From assembly GCA_043822305.1 (NCBI GenBank), contig JBDRBU010000104.1, forward strand, positions 1 through 17,803: a stretch of DNA of 17,803 bases, read 5' to 3'. Below, in pieces: positions 8,628 to 16,669 of the stretch. The position numbers and the translations under genes were made by a program. The notes under the pieces are model-generated. The model searched no databases and was not told the origin of the DNA. It saw only the letters and a program-made list of their open reading frames with translations. The first letter of the stretch is position 1. Every line of letters begins with the position of its first letter. The stretch is from Candidatus Firestoneibacteriota bacterium. Lineage in GTDB: Bacteria > Oederibacteriota > D2-FULL-39-29 > JBDRBU01.

Positions 8628-9028
8628 GATTACTTGGTATTGATTATGGAGAAAAAAGAGTTGGTGTAGCCATAACTGATGAACTTAATATCTTAGCCCA
8701 TCCCTTAAAGGTAGTCAAGTCAACTAATGCGATAAACGAGATTAAAAAAATTTTAAACGAATATAATGATATAAGCAAAATCATAGTTGGAATGCCATTA
8801 AATCTTAAAGGAGAAGTTTCTTTTAAGGCAAAACAAGTCTTAGATTGGATTGAAAAATTGAAAAAAGAGGTAAACATTCCTATTATTACCTGGGATGAGA
8901 GATTTACAACTTCTGCCGCAGAAAGTTTTTTATTGGAAGCAAATGTAAAACGGAAAAATAGAAAAAAAATTATAGATAAATTAGCTGCTCGGATTATCTT
9001 GCAGGATTATTTAGATGCGAATAAATAA
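8624..9028 (+). CDS. ruvX: Holliday junction resolvase-like / pre-16S rRNA nuclease RuvX (YqgF)
   Basis: LGIDYGEKRVGVAITD, VGMP, WDERFTT, IDKLAARIILQDYLD. ATGA overlap with ubiB. Confidence 0.96.
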   Translation: MRLLGIDYGEKRVGVAITDELNILAHPLKVVKSTNAINEIKKILNEYNDISKIIVGMPLNLKGEVSFKAKQVLDWIEKLKKEVNIPIITWDERFTTSAAESFLLEANVKRKNRKKIIDKLAARIILQDYLDANK

Positions 9029-10004
9029 ATTTTCTAAAATAATAATTTTCATATTAATTATTTTTATAATTATTCCTATTTATATTATTTTCACACCTAA
9101 TAGTTTTTCTGATTCAGCAAAAATCGTAGATATAAATAAAGGCATGTCAACAGGAGAAATAACGGTTTTACTTAAAGGCGAAAATCTGATTAAATCTTCC
9201 TTATTTTTTAAGATAATGTGTTATATGCATGGTGGAAGTTTAAAGGCGGGACAGTACGAATTAAAGGCTAATATGAATTTATGGAAGATGGTTGGAATTC
9301 TTAAAATGGGCAAGGTAAAACTTTATAAAATTACCATACCAGAAGGTTTTACTTTAAGACAAATTGCTGAATTACTCGAGATAAATAATTTGATAGATAA
9401 AAAAAAGTTTATGGAATTATGTTATGATAAAGAAATTATTAAAAAGTTTGATTTTATTAAATCAAAATCTTTGGAAGGTTTTTTATTTCCGGATACTTAT
9501 TACTTAAAGAAGAGTATTGAAGAAGAGGATATAGTGTTACTGATGATAAGAAGATTTAATGAAATAATCGAAAAAAATAATATTCATGAATTAGTAAAAC
9601 AAAAAAATATAAATCTTTATGATTTAATAAAATTAGCATCTCTTGTGGAGAAAGAAGCAAAACTTGGTTACGAAAGACAAATAATATCTTCTGTTTTTTT
9701 AAAAAGATTAAAATCCCGCATGAAATTAGAATCCTGTGCCTCAGTGTTGTATGCACTTAATAATATTGGAATAAATAAGATTCATTTAAGAGATGCAGAT
9801 TTGAAGATAAATTCAGATTTTAATACATATCTTCATTATGGTTTACCAGCAACTCCTATTTGTAATTCTGGTTTAGAATCTATTTTTGCAGTCTTAAATC
9901 CTGCTGACACTAATTATTTGTACTTTGTATCCAAGAAAGATGGAACTCATGAGTTTTCAACCACTTTAGAAGAACATTTAAAAGCAAAAAGAAAATGGAA
10001 ATAA
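9015..10004 (+). CDS. mltG: Endolytic transglycosylase MltG (YceG)
   Basis: N-terminal TM anchor. LKAGQY, ITIPEG, LEGFLFPDTY, ASLVEKEA, NTYLHYGLPATPICNSG, YLYFV..HEFS. Follows ruvX as is common. Confidence 0.96.
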   Translation: MRINKFSKIIIFILIIFIIIPIYIIFTPNSFSDSAKIVDINKGMSTGEITVLLKGENLIKSSLFFKIMCYMHGGSLKAGQYELKANMNLWKMVGILKMGKVKLYKITIPEGFTLRQIAELLEINNLIDKKKFMELCYDKEIIKKFDFIKSKSLEGFLFPDTYYLKKSIEEEDIVLLMIRRFNEIIEKNNIHELVKQKNINLYDLIKLASLVEKEAKLGYERQIISSVFLKRLKSRMKLESCASVLYALNNIGINKIHLRDADLKINSDFNTYLHYGLPATPICNSGLESIFAVLNPADTNYLYFVSKKDGTHEFSTTLEEHLKAKRKWK

Positions 10005-10007
10005 AAG

Positions 10008-10787
10008 ATGATAAAATTAATTAATGTTACAAAAAAATTTGGAGAATTTACAGCAGTTGATAATATCTCTCTTAGTATAAAAAAAGGAGAGATATTTGGA
10101 TTTTTAGGTCCTAATGGAGCAGGTAAGACGACTACTATAAAAATGATGACAGGTTTACTTAAAATAACTTCTGGAAATATTTCAATTGGTGGATATGATC
10201 TTGAAATAAATCCAATAGAAGTAAAAAAAATAATAGGTTTTATTCCCGATAGACCCTATATTTACGATAAATTAACCGGTAAGGAGTTTTTGGAGTTTAT
10301 GGCTGGTATATACAAAGTTGATAAAGTTAAGAGAGACAAAAAGATGGATGAACTTTTTGAGTTATTTGAGTTAAAGGATTGGGCTGATGAACTTATTGAA
10401 AGCTATTCACATGGCATGAAACAAAAGTTAGTCTTATCGGCTAATTTGCTTCATGAACCTAAAGTTTTTATTATTGATGAACCTATGGTGGGATTAGACC
10501 CAAAATCAGCAAGGATAGTTAAAGAGATATTTATCAATCTGGGTAAGTCCGGGATTACTCTTTTTATCTCAACTCATAGTCTTGAGATTGTTGAATCATT
10601 ATGTGATAATATATGTATTATTCAAAAGGGAAGAATTATTGCCAAAGGAACAATATCAGAATTAAGAAAATCAGCAAAAGCAGAAGTGTCTAACCTTGAA
10701 GATTTGTTTTTAAGTTTAACGGGTGCACCGGACACCTATACCATTCGCAGGGCTCAGGTACAGGGCAAGTTTAACAGAAGTGATTAA
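10008..10787 (+). CDS. ABC transporter ATP-binding protein
   Basis: Walker A GPNGAGKTT, signature YSHGMKQK, Walker B IIDEP, H-loop STH. Confidence 0.95.
   Translation: MIKLINVTKKFGEFTAVDNISLSIKKGEIFGFLGPNGAGKTTTIKMMTGLLKITSGNISIGGYDLEINPIEVKKIIGFIPDRPYIYDKLTGKEFLEFMAGIYKVDKVKRDKKMDELFELFELKDWADELIESYSHGMKQKLVLSANLLHEPKVFIIDEPMVGLDPKSARIVKEIFINLGKSGITLFISTHSLEIVESLCDNICIIQKGRIIAKGTISELRKSAKAEVSNLEDLFLSLTGAPDTYTIRRAQVQGKFNRSD
10734..10775 (+). repeat. REP-like repeat family A, copy 2 (inside the ABC ATPase 3' end)
   Basis: ACCTATACCATTCGCAGGGCTCAGGTACAGGGCAAGTTTAAC. Confidence 0.85.
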
Positions 10788-10804
10788 ATACCTTAGATAA
10801 AATT

Positions 10805-10833
10805 ATAGTCTGATTACTTTCGTAATCAACTAT
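10805..10833 (+). other. Intergenic stem-loop
   Basis: ATAGT-C-TGATTAC-TTTC-GTAATCA-ACTAT: 12-bp stem with one bulge. Confidence 0.5.
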
Positions 10834-10837
10834 TCCT

Positions 10838-10876
10838 AACCCTGTACCATTCGCAAGGCTCAGGCACAGGACAAGT
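10838..10876 (+). repeat. REP-like repeat family A, copy 3
   Basis: AACCCTGTACCATTCGCAAGGCTCAGGCACAGGACAAGT. Confidence 0.85.
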
Positions 10877-10922
10877 ATTATTTGTTACATTATGGAAAGT
10901 CACGGATTGCGGATTACGAATT

Positions 10923-12617
10923 ATGGAAAACTTGTTTAATCTATTAACAGTCACTATTAATACAGTTAGAAATATTATGAAAAGAGTGGATAGAAAAGGG
11001 AAGTTTAAAACTTACCTCTTATCAATTATCGTTGTATTTTTTCTAATTAGCATTTTCGCTATATTTTACCGCATTTTAATTTATTTTAATACTGTTCCTT
11101 TATTTGGTCCTGTTTTAATTTCCAAACTCCTGGCTATGGTTTTTTTAACATTTCTATTTATGCTTCTTTTTAGTAATGTTATCGTTGCCATTTCAACTTT
11201 TTATCTTTCAGATGATATGAATTTACTTATGGCTACTCCCATACCTTTAACACCTATAATTTTTTTGAAATTTTTACACACTATTGTTAATAGTTCCTGG
11301 ATGGTATTTTTAATGGTGATACCTATATTTGCTGCATATACTTTTGTTTTAAAAGCAGGTATTTTGTGTTTCATTTTTTCTATATTTGTTTTTTTAATAT
11401 TTTTAATACTTATTGCCTCATTTGGGATTTTATTTACTATGCTTTTAATGAGAATTTTCCCTGCCAAAAGGACAAGAGATGTTTTTGTTTTATTAAGTAT
11501 AGGATTTGTGTGTGTTTTAACTGTTCTTTTAAGATTGCTACAGCCAGAAAAGCTAACAAATCCAAATGAACTTTTGGGAGTTATGGAGTATATGTCGTCT
11601 TTAAAAACTCCGGCTGCTCCATATTTGCCAAGCGCCTGGGTTTCACAGGCAGTTATAGGAATATTAAACTATAATTATAAAGAAGCATTTATTAATCTGG
11701 GGTTACTTTCAGTGGTTTGTATTAGTTTGTTTGCAATGTTTTTATTTCTATCAAATTTTATATTTGTAAAAGGATGGTGGAATGCTTCTGAAAATCAATT
11801 AACGAGATACAAAAAGAAATTTTTAGATAGATTAAACCTGCGCGAAATATTTTTTTACATTCAATCTAATATTAAAGAATTGGTTATAAAAGATATAAAA
11901 GTTTTTTTCAGGGATACGGCCCAATGGTCTCAAGTCCTAATTTTAATTTCAATAGTTATAATATACCTGTTTAATATTTCTAATTTACCCTTAGATAAAC
12001 TTCCTTCTAATGTTTATGCAAAGTATATTAAGGATGTAATATTTTTTCTAAATATGGGCTTTGCCGGGTTTATAATTGCGGCTGTATCGGCGCGATTTGT
12101 TTTTTCTGGAATAAGCGTTGAAGGGAAAAATTTCTGGATAATAAAATCCATTCCACTTTTACCGCGAAAATTTTTAATGGAAAAATTCTGGATAAGTTTT
12201 TTCCCATTATTTTTTCTATCAGAATTACTAATATTCCTTTCAATATATTTTTTAAAGATAGATTTGTTTATGAGTTTAATTTCAATTATAACTATTTGTA
12301 TTTTTAGTATTTCTTTAACTTCAATGGGTGTAGGTTTTGGAGCAATGTTTCCAAAATTTGATGCAGATAACACAGCAGATATAGCCACAAGTTATGGCGG
12401 AATCATATATATGATTTTTGCTGTTATTTATATTGGTGTTTCGCTGGTTATAATAGCAGGCCCTGTAAATATGTATTATTCAAGTAAAATGATATTAGGA
12501 CGAATAAATTATCATTATGTAGTTATAAGTTTAATATTATTTTTTATAGTTCAATTTTTAGCAATTTATTTACCTTTAAAATTTGGAGAATTGGCTTTAA
12601 ATAAAATCGAAGTGTAA
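10923..12617 (+). CDS. Putative ABC-2 type exporter permease (multi-pass membrane protein)
   Basis: 564 aa, highly hydrophobic, two halves. FYLSDDMNLLMATP, KDIKVFFRD..QWSQ and ISVEGKNFWIIKS.P are typical of this permease family. Follows the ABC ATPase. Confidence 0.88.
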   Translation: MENLFNLLTVTINTVRNIMKRVDRKGKFKTYLLSIIVVFFLISIFAIFYRILIYFNTVPLFGPVLISKLLAMVFLTFLFMLLFSNVIVAISTFYLSDDMNLLMATPIPLTPIIFLKFLHTIVNSSWMVFLMVIPIFAAYTFVLKAGILCFIFSIFVFLIFLILIASFGILFTMLLMRIFPAKRTRDVFVLLSIGFVCVLTVLLRLLQPEKLTNPNELLGVMEYMSSLKTPAAPYLPSAWVSQAVIGILNYNYKEAFINLGLLSVVCISLFAMFLFLSNFIFVKGWWNASENQLTRYKKKFLDRLNLREIFFYIQSNIKELVIKDIKVFFRDTAQWSQVLILISIVIIYLFNISNLPLDKLPSNVYAKYIKDVIFFLNMGFAGFIIAAVSARFVFSGISVEGKNFWIIKSIPLLPRKFLMEKFWISFFPLFFLSELLIFLSIYFLKIDLFMSLISIITICIFSISLTSMGVGFGAMFPKFDADNTADIATSYGGIIYMIFAVIYIGVSLVIIAGPVNMYYSSKMILGRINYHYVVISLILFFIVQFLAIYLPLKFGELALNKIEV

Positions 12618-12619
12618 AG

Positions 12620-12641
12620 TATGGGGACAGACACCATATTT
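12620..12641 (+). repeat. REP-like repeat family B copy at the core/accessory boundary
   Basis: TATGGGGACAGACACCATATTT. Shares GGGACAGACACC with 5379-5390. Confidence 0.65.
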
Positions 12642-12662
12642 ATATTGATGAGGAGGAAAAAA

Positions 12663-13496
12663 ATGAAAAAGATTATCTTTTTAACGCTTGTAATAATGCT
12701 TTTTTCAATATCATCTGTAAGAGCAGAAACAAAGTCAAATAAGTCCTTGAAGATTCTTTTTATCGGCAATAGCCTTACTTTTCATCATAATATTCCAGAC
12801 CTGGTCGGCCAAATCGCTTATTATAAGTTTAAGAAAGCGCAAATAGACGAATATGTGCCGGGAAACACTAATTTCAGAGCCCACTTTGAAAGCAAAGAAT
12901 GCTTGGATATAATAAAAAATAATAAGTATGATGTTGTAGTTCTGCAAAGCGCCAGTTTTGAGCCGATAAGCGGGCCGGAAGGGTTGAAAAAATACGGTAT
13001 CAAACTTCAGGAAAAAATAAAAAAATCAGGAGCAAGGACGGTATTTTTCATGACCTGGGAATACCACGGCATGGCTGATTGGATAAAAGAAACCAAGGAC
13101 GCGGAATTAATTAAATTGGCTGAGAAAGAAATCCCGACAATGTATTCTAAAGTCAGAGATGTGTATATTGACTTAACGAAGGAAACCGGCTCAGAAATAG
13201 CTCCAGTAGGCATGGCGTGGAATATGATAATGAAATCAATGCCGGATCTGATGTTGTATGAAAGTGACAATTCGCATCCATCCGAGAAAGGTTCATTCCT
13301 TAGTGCGATAGTTCTCTACTCTGTCATTTTCGAAGAAGAACCAAAAAACATTCCGTCATCTCTTTATCCGTACAAAAGGGAAAAAGACCAGAGAGCAAAG
13401 AATTATATTATAAATCTTAATTTCAGCGAAAAAATGAAGATGGAACAGATTGCGGCAAAAGCTATTGCAGAAGCGAAGAAAATGCTGAGCAAATAA
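12663..13496 (+). CDS. Secreted SGNH/GDSL hydrolase (DUF4886-like)
   Basis: Start moved to ATG 12663, which follows AGGAGG and begins a signal peptide MKKIIFL..VRA. Motifs ILFIGNSLT, YDVVVLQ, APVGMAW, DNSHPS. Confidence 0.85.
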   Translation: MKKIIFLTLVIMLFSISSVRAETKSNKSLKILFIGNSLTFHHNIPDLVGQIAYYKFKKAQIDEYVPGNTNFRAHFESKECLDIIKNNKYDVVVLQSASFEPISGPEGLKKYGIKLQEKIKKSGARTVFFMTWEYHGMADWIKETKDAELIKLAEKEIPTMYSKVRDVYIDLTKETGSEIAPVGMAWNMIMKSMPDLMLYESDNSHPSEKGSFLSAIVLYSVIFEEEPKNIPSSLYPYKREKDQRAKNYIINLNFSEKMKMEQIAAKAIAEAKKMLSK

Positions 13497-13516
13497 AATC
13501 TATTGGAGCGAGTCTA

Positions 13517-14176
13517 ATGGGGAATGTTGATGTTCTTTCAGCTACAATGCGGTATGAGTATGATGCGTGTGGGAAAGTCCGCAGTGAAACTCCTTCTGGT
13601 GATACCCGCAACAAAAACAAATTCGTAGGTGGATACGGTATCGTAGCCGACGAAGAAGACGGGTTAACCTATATGCGGGCCCGCTACTATGATAGCGAAA
13701 CAGGAAGGTTTATTAGTAGGGATCCGATTGCAGGTGAAATGAAAGAACCACTTACTCTGAATAAATATTTATATTGTCAAAATAATCCAATTAATTATAT
13801 TGACCCAGATGGAAAGTGTAGAAAGAAAACCCAGGAAGCGATAGATAATATGAGGAAAGTAGGTTTAAATAAAATGGCAGATGATCTACAAAATAAATTA
13901 GATAATGGTCAAGTCCATGAAACATCAGGCGAGAGTTATATTGATTCTGAAACTGGAGATATCTATGTGAATGACAAATCCCTTGATAATCCTATATCTG
14001 CAGCAGATGCTTTAGCTCACGAATATTATCATGGAGAAGAGACAAGCAATGGTGGAGGTGCCGTAAGCAATTGGTGGTATGGAGTTGGTGGTGAGACGAA
14101 AGCAAATAACTACGGAAATAATGTTGGACAGGCTATTTATAATCTGCTAACTCCACCTGATAGAAGGGGTAAATAA
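13517..14176 (+). CDS. Orphan RHS repeat-associated core protein with a C-terminal HExxH metallopeptidase-like toxin domain
   Basis: YEYDACG..GLTYMRARYYDSETGRFISRDP..NKYLYCQNNPINYIDPDG (PxxxxDPxG cleavage motif), then ALAHEYYHG..GETKA. GGAG 8 nt upstream. Confidence 0.88.
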   Translation: MGNVDVLSATMRYEYDACGKVRSETPSGDTRNKNKFVGGYGIVADEEDGLTYMRARYYDSETGRFISRDPIAGEMKEPLTLNKYLYCQNNPINYIDPDGKCRKKTQEAIDNMRKVGLNKMADDLQNKLDNGQVHETSGESYIDSETGDIYVNDKSLDNPISAADALAHEYYHGEETSNGGGAVSNWWYGVGGETKANNYGNNVGQAIYNLLTPPDRRGK

Positions 14177-14178
14177 GT

Positions 14179-15123
14179 ATGCATATTGATTTAAGGGGAG
14201 GAATTGTGAAAATCAATGTTAAATTAATTTCTGTTCTAATTTTATTTTCTGTCTTAAATGTTCAGGGTAGTGAGTTTAGAGCGATGGTATTACAACCATT
14301 AATTAATCCATTTAATAAATATTTGGGTATTTATTTCTTGTTTTTTGCTTTTGTTCTTGAATCGTTTTTGTTGTGGAAATATAAATTTAGCAAACTATTG
14401 AATGCTATCATTGTGTCTTTCAGTTCAACTTTACTTTTAGTATTAGTAGTCTTGCTTATGCCAGATTCTCTGTTTAATTATTTAATGATAAACAATCTAA
14501 GAGATTTAAGTAATCCTATTCGTTTTATATTCATTAATTTAGCAATATTCATTTTTATAATAGTAATAAAATATGGTATATATTATTTAAGTGCAAAGAA
14601 AATTCTTAGGTCTATAAAATATTTAGTTTTCACAAATATCTTGATTTATGGATTGGCTTTAATTCTTTTATCTATATTTTATCCAATATATTATTTTGAA
14701 CCTGGATCATTTTCAGAAACAACGTGTAAAGAAAACATGTCGCATATTGCAAAAATCTTAAAAATGTATTCAGTTGAACATAATGGGGAATTACCATCTG
14801 CTGATTCAATTGAGGAAATGAAGTTAAAATTAGAACCATATCGCACCAAAGCAGACTATATTAATACAATTGGCCAGAACATTGTTTTTGATACCCTCTT
14901 TGAATGTCCCATGGAAAGACTCGCAAGAACAAATAAAAAGACATACATCTATTCTATAAAAAAAGAAATGAAAGATAAAAGTTACAATTATTTTTGCAAA
15001 TATTCAGAAGTTGAAATTATGTACTGTGATAGTTCTTTCCACGGAAAATTTAAACCTCTTAAACCTCGAATAACGGGTTTGGATTTTATTGATCTCAAAC
15101 CTCGTGAGCAGAAAATGCGTTAG
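14179..15123 (+). CDS. Multi-TM membrane protein with a C-terminal DUF1559/pilin-head-like segment; putative immunity protein
   Basis: Starts 2 nt after the RHS1 stop (alternative GTG at 14206 after GGGGAGG). About 5 hydrophobic helices, then TCKENMSHIAKILKMYSVEHNGELP..FECP. The immunity role is inferred from position only. Confidence 0.55.
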   Translation: MHIDLRGGIVKINVKLISVLILFSVLNVQGSEFRAMVLQPLINPFNKYLGIYFLFFAFVLESFLLWKYKFSKLLNAIIVSFSSTLLLVLVVLLMPDSLFNYLMINNLRDLSNPIRFIFINLAIFIFIIVIKYGIYYLSAKKILRSIKYLVFTNILIYGLALILLSIFYPIYYFEPGSFSETTCKENMSHIAKILKMYSVEHNGELPSADSIEEMKLKLEPYRTKADYINTIGQNIVFDTLFECPMERLARTNKKTYIYSIKKEMKDKSYNYFCKYSEVEIMYCDSSFHGKFKPLKPRITGLDFIDLKPREQKMR

Positions 15124-15129
15124 TATCGT

Positions 15130-15417
15130 AGCACAAAACGTGATAAGATGTAAATTGGAAGTAACCCAACACCCTACCCAGCACAAATCGGGATAAGCAG
15201 TAAAGCGGAAGTACGAAAATTCGAACAGTTAGAAGGTCAGTAAACATCATAACAAATTAACTACTGCTTGTGAATCCAATCAGAAGTACTCACAGAGGGA
15301 AAATTGGAATAGATTCAAGGAAGTTTGTCTTTAATCTTATGTTGACCCGGCGGAATTACATCAATCTTTACAGCAAAGTTCGTGATAGGCAGTAAAGCGG
15401 AAGTACGAAAATTCGAA
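15130..15417 (+). repeat. Cluster of three ~35-47 bp direct repeats (family C) after RHS module 1
   Basis: 15130-15163 AGCACAAAACGTGATA-AGATG-TAAATTGGAAGTA (degenerate); 15179-15225 CAGCACAAATCGGGATA-AGCAG-TAAAGCGGAAGTACGAAAATTCGAA; 15371-15417 CAGCAAAGTTCGTGATA-GGCAG-TAAAGCGGAAGTACGAAAATTCGAA. Confidence 0.92.
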
Positions 15418-15474
15418 GGTTAATAAAATAAGGGTTTTTAAGGATTTGAAAAGTCTGTTGTAATTGATAAATAC

Positions 15475-15503
15475 TTGTATTTTTAGAAAAATCTATGTAG
15501 AAT
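15475..15503 (+). promoter_or_regulatory. Candidate sigma70 promoter for RHS module 2
   Basis: TTGTAT (15475-80), 17 nt spacer, TAGAAT (15498-503), 10 nt before the ATG at 15514. The AT-rich context raises the chance of a false hit. Confidence 0.4.
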
Positions 15504-15513
15504 AAAGATATCC

Positions 15514-16110
15514 ATGGATTCACTGTTCTTTGAGCTTATGAGTTACGATGCATTTGGGAAAGTGCGATCTGAAACTCCTTCTGGGGATACGAGAAATAAA
15601 AATAAGTTCGTTGGCGGGTATGGGATTATTGATGATTCGGTTGATGATGGGTTGGTTTATATGAGGGCTAGGTATTATGATAGTGAAACGGGAAGGTTTA
15701 TTTCAAGAGACCCATGGACATGGGGGCCAGATGATGAAAGGACAAGGGAACATTTTTATTTTTTTGAATTAATTCAATTAAGTGGAATTCAACAAAGTGA
15801 AAACTTATATAATTATGCGTATAATAATCCTTTAAGATATATTGATAAAAATGGGAAAAACCCGGTGCTCATTATTGAAATAGGTGGGGCTGCAATAGGT
15901 TTATATCTTCTTTTTGCTGAGGTAATACCTGCGATTGTGCACATAAGTGAAGCCAAGGAATTTAAAAAAGATTTAGACGCTAAAGCTTTAGCAGACCAAA
16001 TAAAGAGTCAAGATAGAGAAGGTCAAAAAGAGTTATTGACACCATGCAGAAAGAATATAATAGCTCGTGCTTTTTTAAAAGGATATTTATCAATGAGTGA
16101 TATAAGATAA
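15514..16110 (+). CDS. Orphan RHS repeat-associated core protein with a short unknown C-terminal domain
   Basis: YDAFG..GLVYMRARYYDSETGRFISRDP..NLYNYAYNNPLRYIDKNG, then a hydrophobic helix and a short tail. Confidence 0.85.
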   Translation: MDSLFFELMSYDAFGKVRSETPSGDTRNKNKFVGGYGIIDDSVDDGLVYMRARYYDSETGRFISRDPWTWGPDDERTREHFYFFELIQLSGIQQSENLYNYAYNNPLRYIDKNGKNPVLIIEIGGAAIGLYLLFAEVIPAIVHISEAKEFKKDLDAKALADQIKSQDREGQKELLTPCRKNIIARAFLKGYLSMSDIR

Positions 16111-16203
16111 GCTTAATATTAGGAATATTAGCATGAAATATGGTCAAACGGTTTTTTGAATAAATATATTATGTAGAACGCTAAAATAGTTTAGGAGGTT
16201 TTT

Positions 16204-16647
16204 GTGGAAAGCATATTTATGTCTCAGAAATGGATTTTGGCGGATATTTTACAAGGTCTGGGTAATTTGATTATCGGAAGTGCAATAATACTATTTTATT
16301 TTCATAAAGTACTTAAAAAACAAGGAAGCACAATATTTCTTTTTTCCCTTGGTTTAATTGCTATTTTAAAAGCAGTATCAATATTATACTTTTATGGTAT
16401 TTTAAGAGTTTACTATTTTATCTATGTTCTAAGTATAATGGAATTTGCGTTAGTAATATATTCAATAAAAAAGGGTGACTTGTTTTTTTTAGGAGAGATA
16501 TTTGAAAAGGTACTTAAAAAAACAAGAATAAGAGCAATTAGAATATTATACATTATTTTTATATTATTAAGCGTATTTATAATTATTCTTAATATTATTA
16601 ATATTGTTTATCTTTGGAATAATGGGGCAACTTTACTATCTCATTAA
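16204..16647 (+). CDS. Small 4-TM membrane protein; putative immunity protein for RHS module 2
   Basis: GTG start after AGGAGG. 147 aa with four hydrophobic segments. Directly downstream of RHS2. Confidence 0.55.
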   Translation: MESIFMSQKWILADILQGLGNLIIGSAIILFYFHKVLKKQGSTIFLFSLGLIAILKAVSILYFYGILRVYYFIYVLSIMEFALVIYSIKKGDLFFLGEIFEKVLKKTRIRAIRILYIIFILLSVFIIILNIINIVYLWNNGATLLSH

Positions 16648-16669
16648 ATGATAGTTGATTCATCTTCAC

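Noticed and set aside
12621..12662. ORF-track start of the SGNH gene at 12621
   Set aside because: That ATG lies within a family B repeat. AGGAGG and the signal peptide point to ATG 12663.
2052..13270. Numerous short antisense or alternate-frame ORFs inside valS, nadC, phasin, ubiB, ruvX, mltG, the permease and SGNH genes
   Set aside because: Fully nested in confident genes, with low-complexity F/L/I/S composition expected from the reverse strand of AT-rich coding DNA.
15004..15186. 60-aa minus-strand ORF
   Set aside because: Overlaps the end of the 314-aa gene and the repeat cluster, with no recognisable motif.
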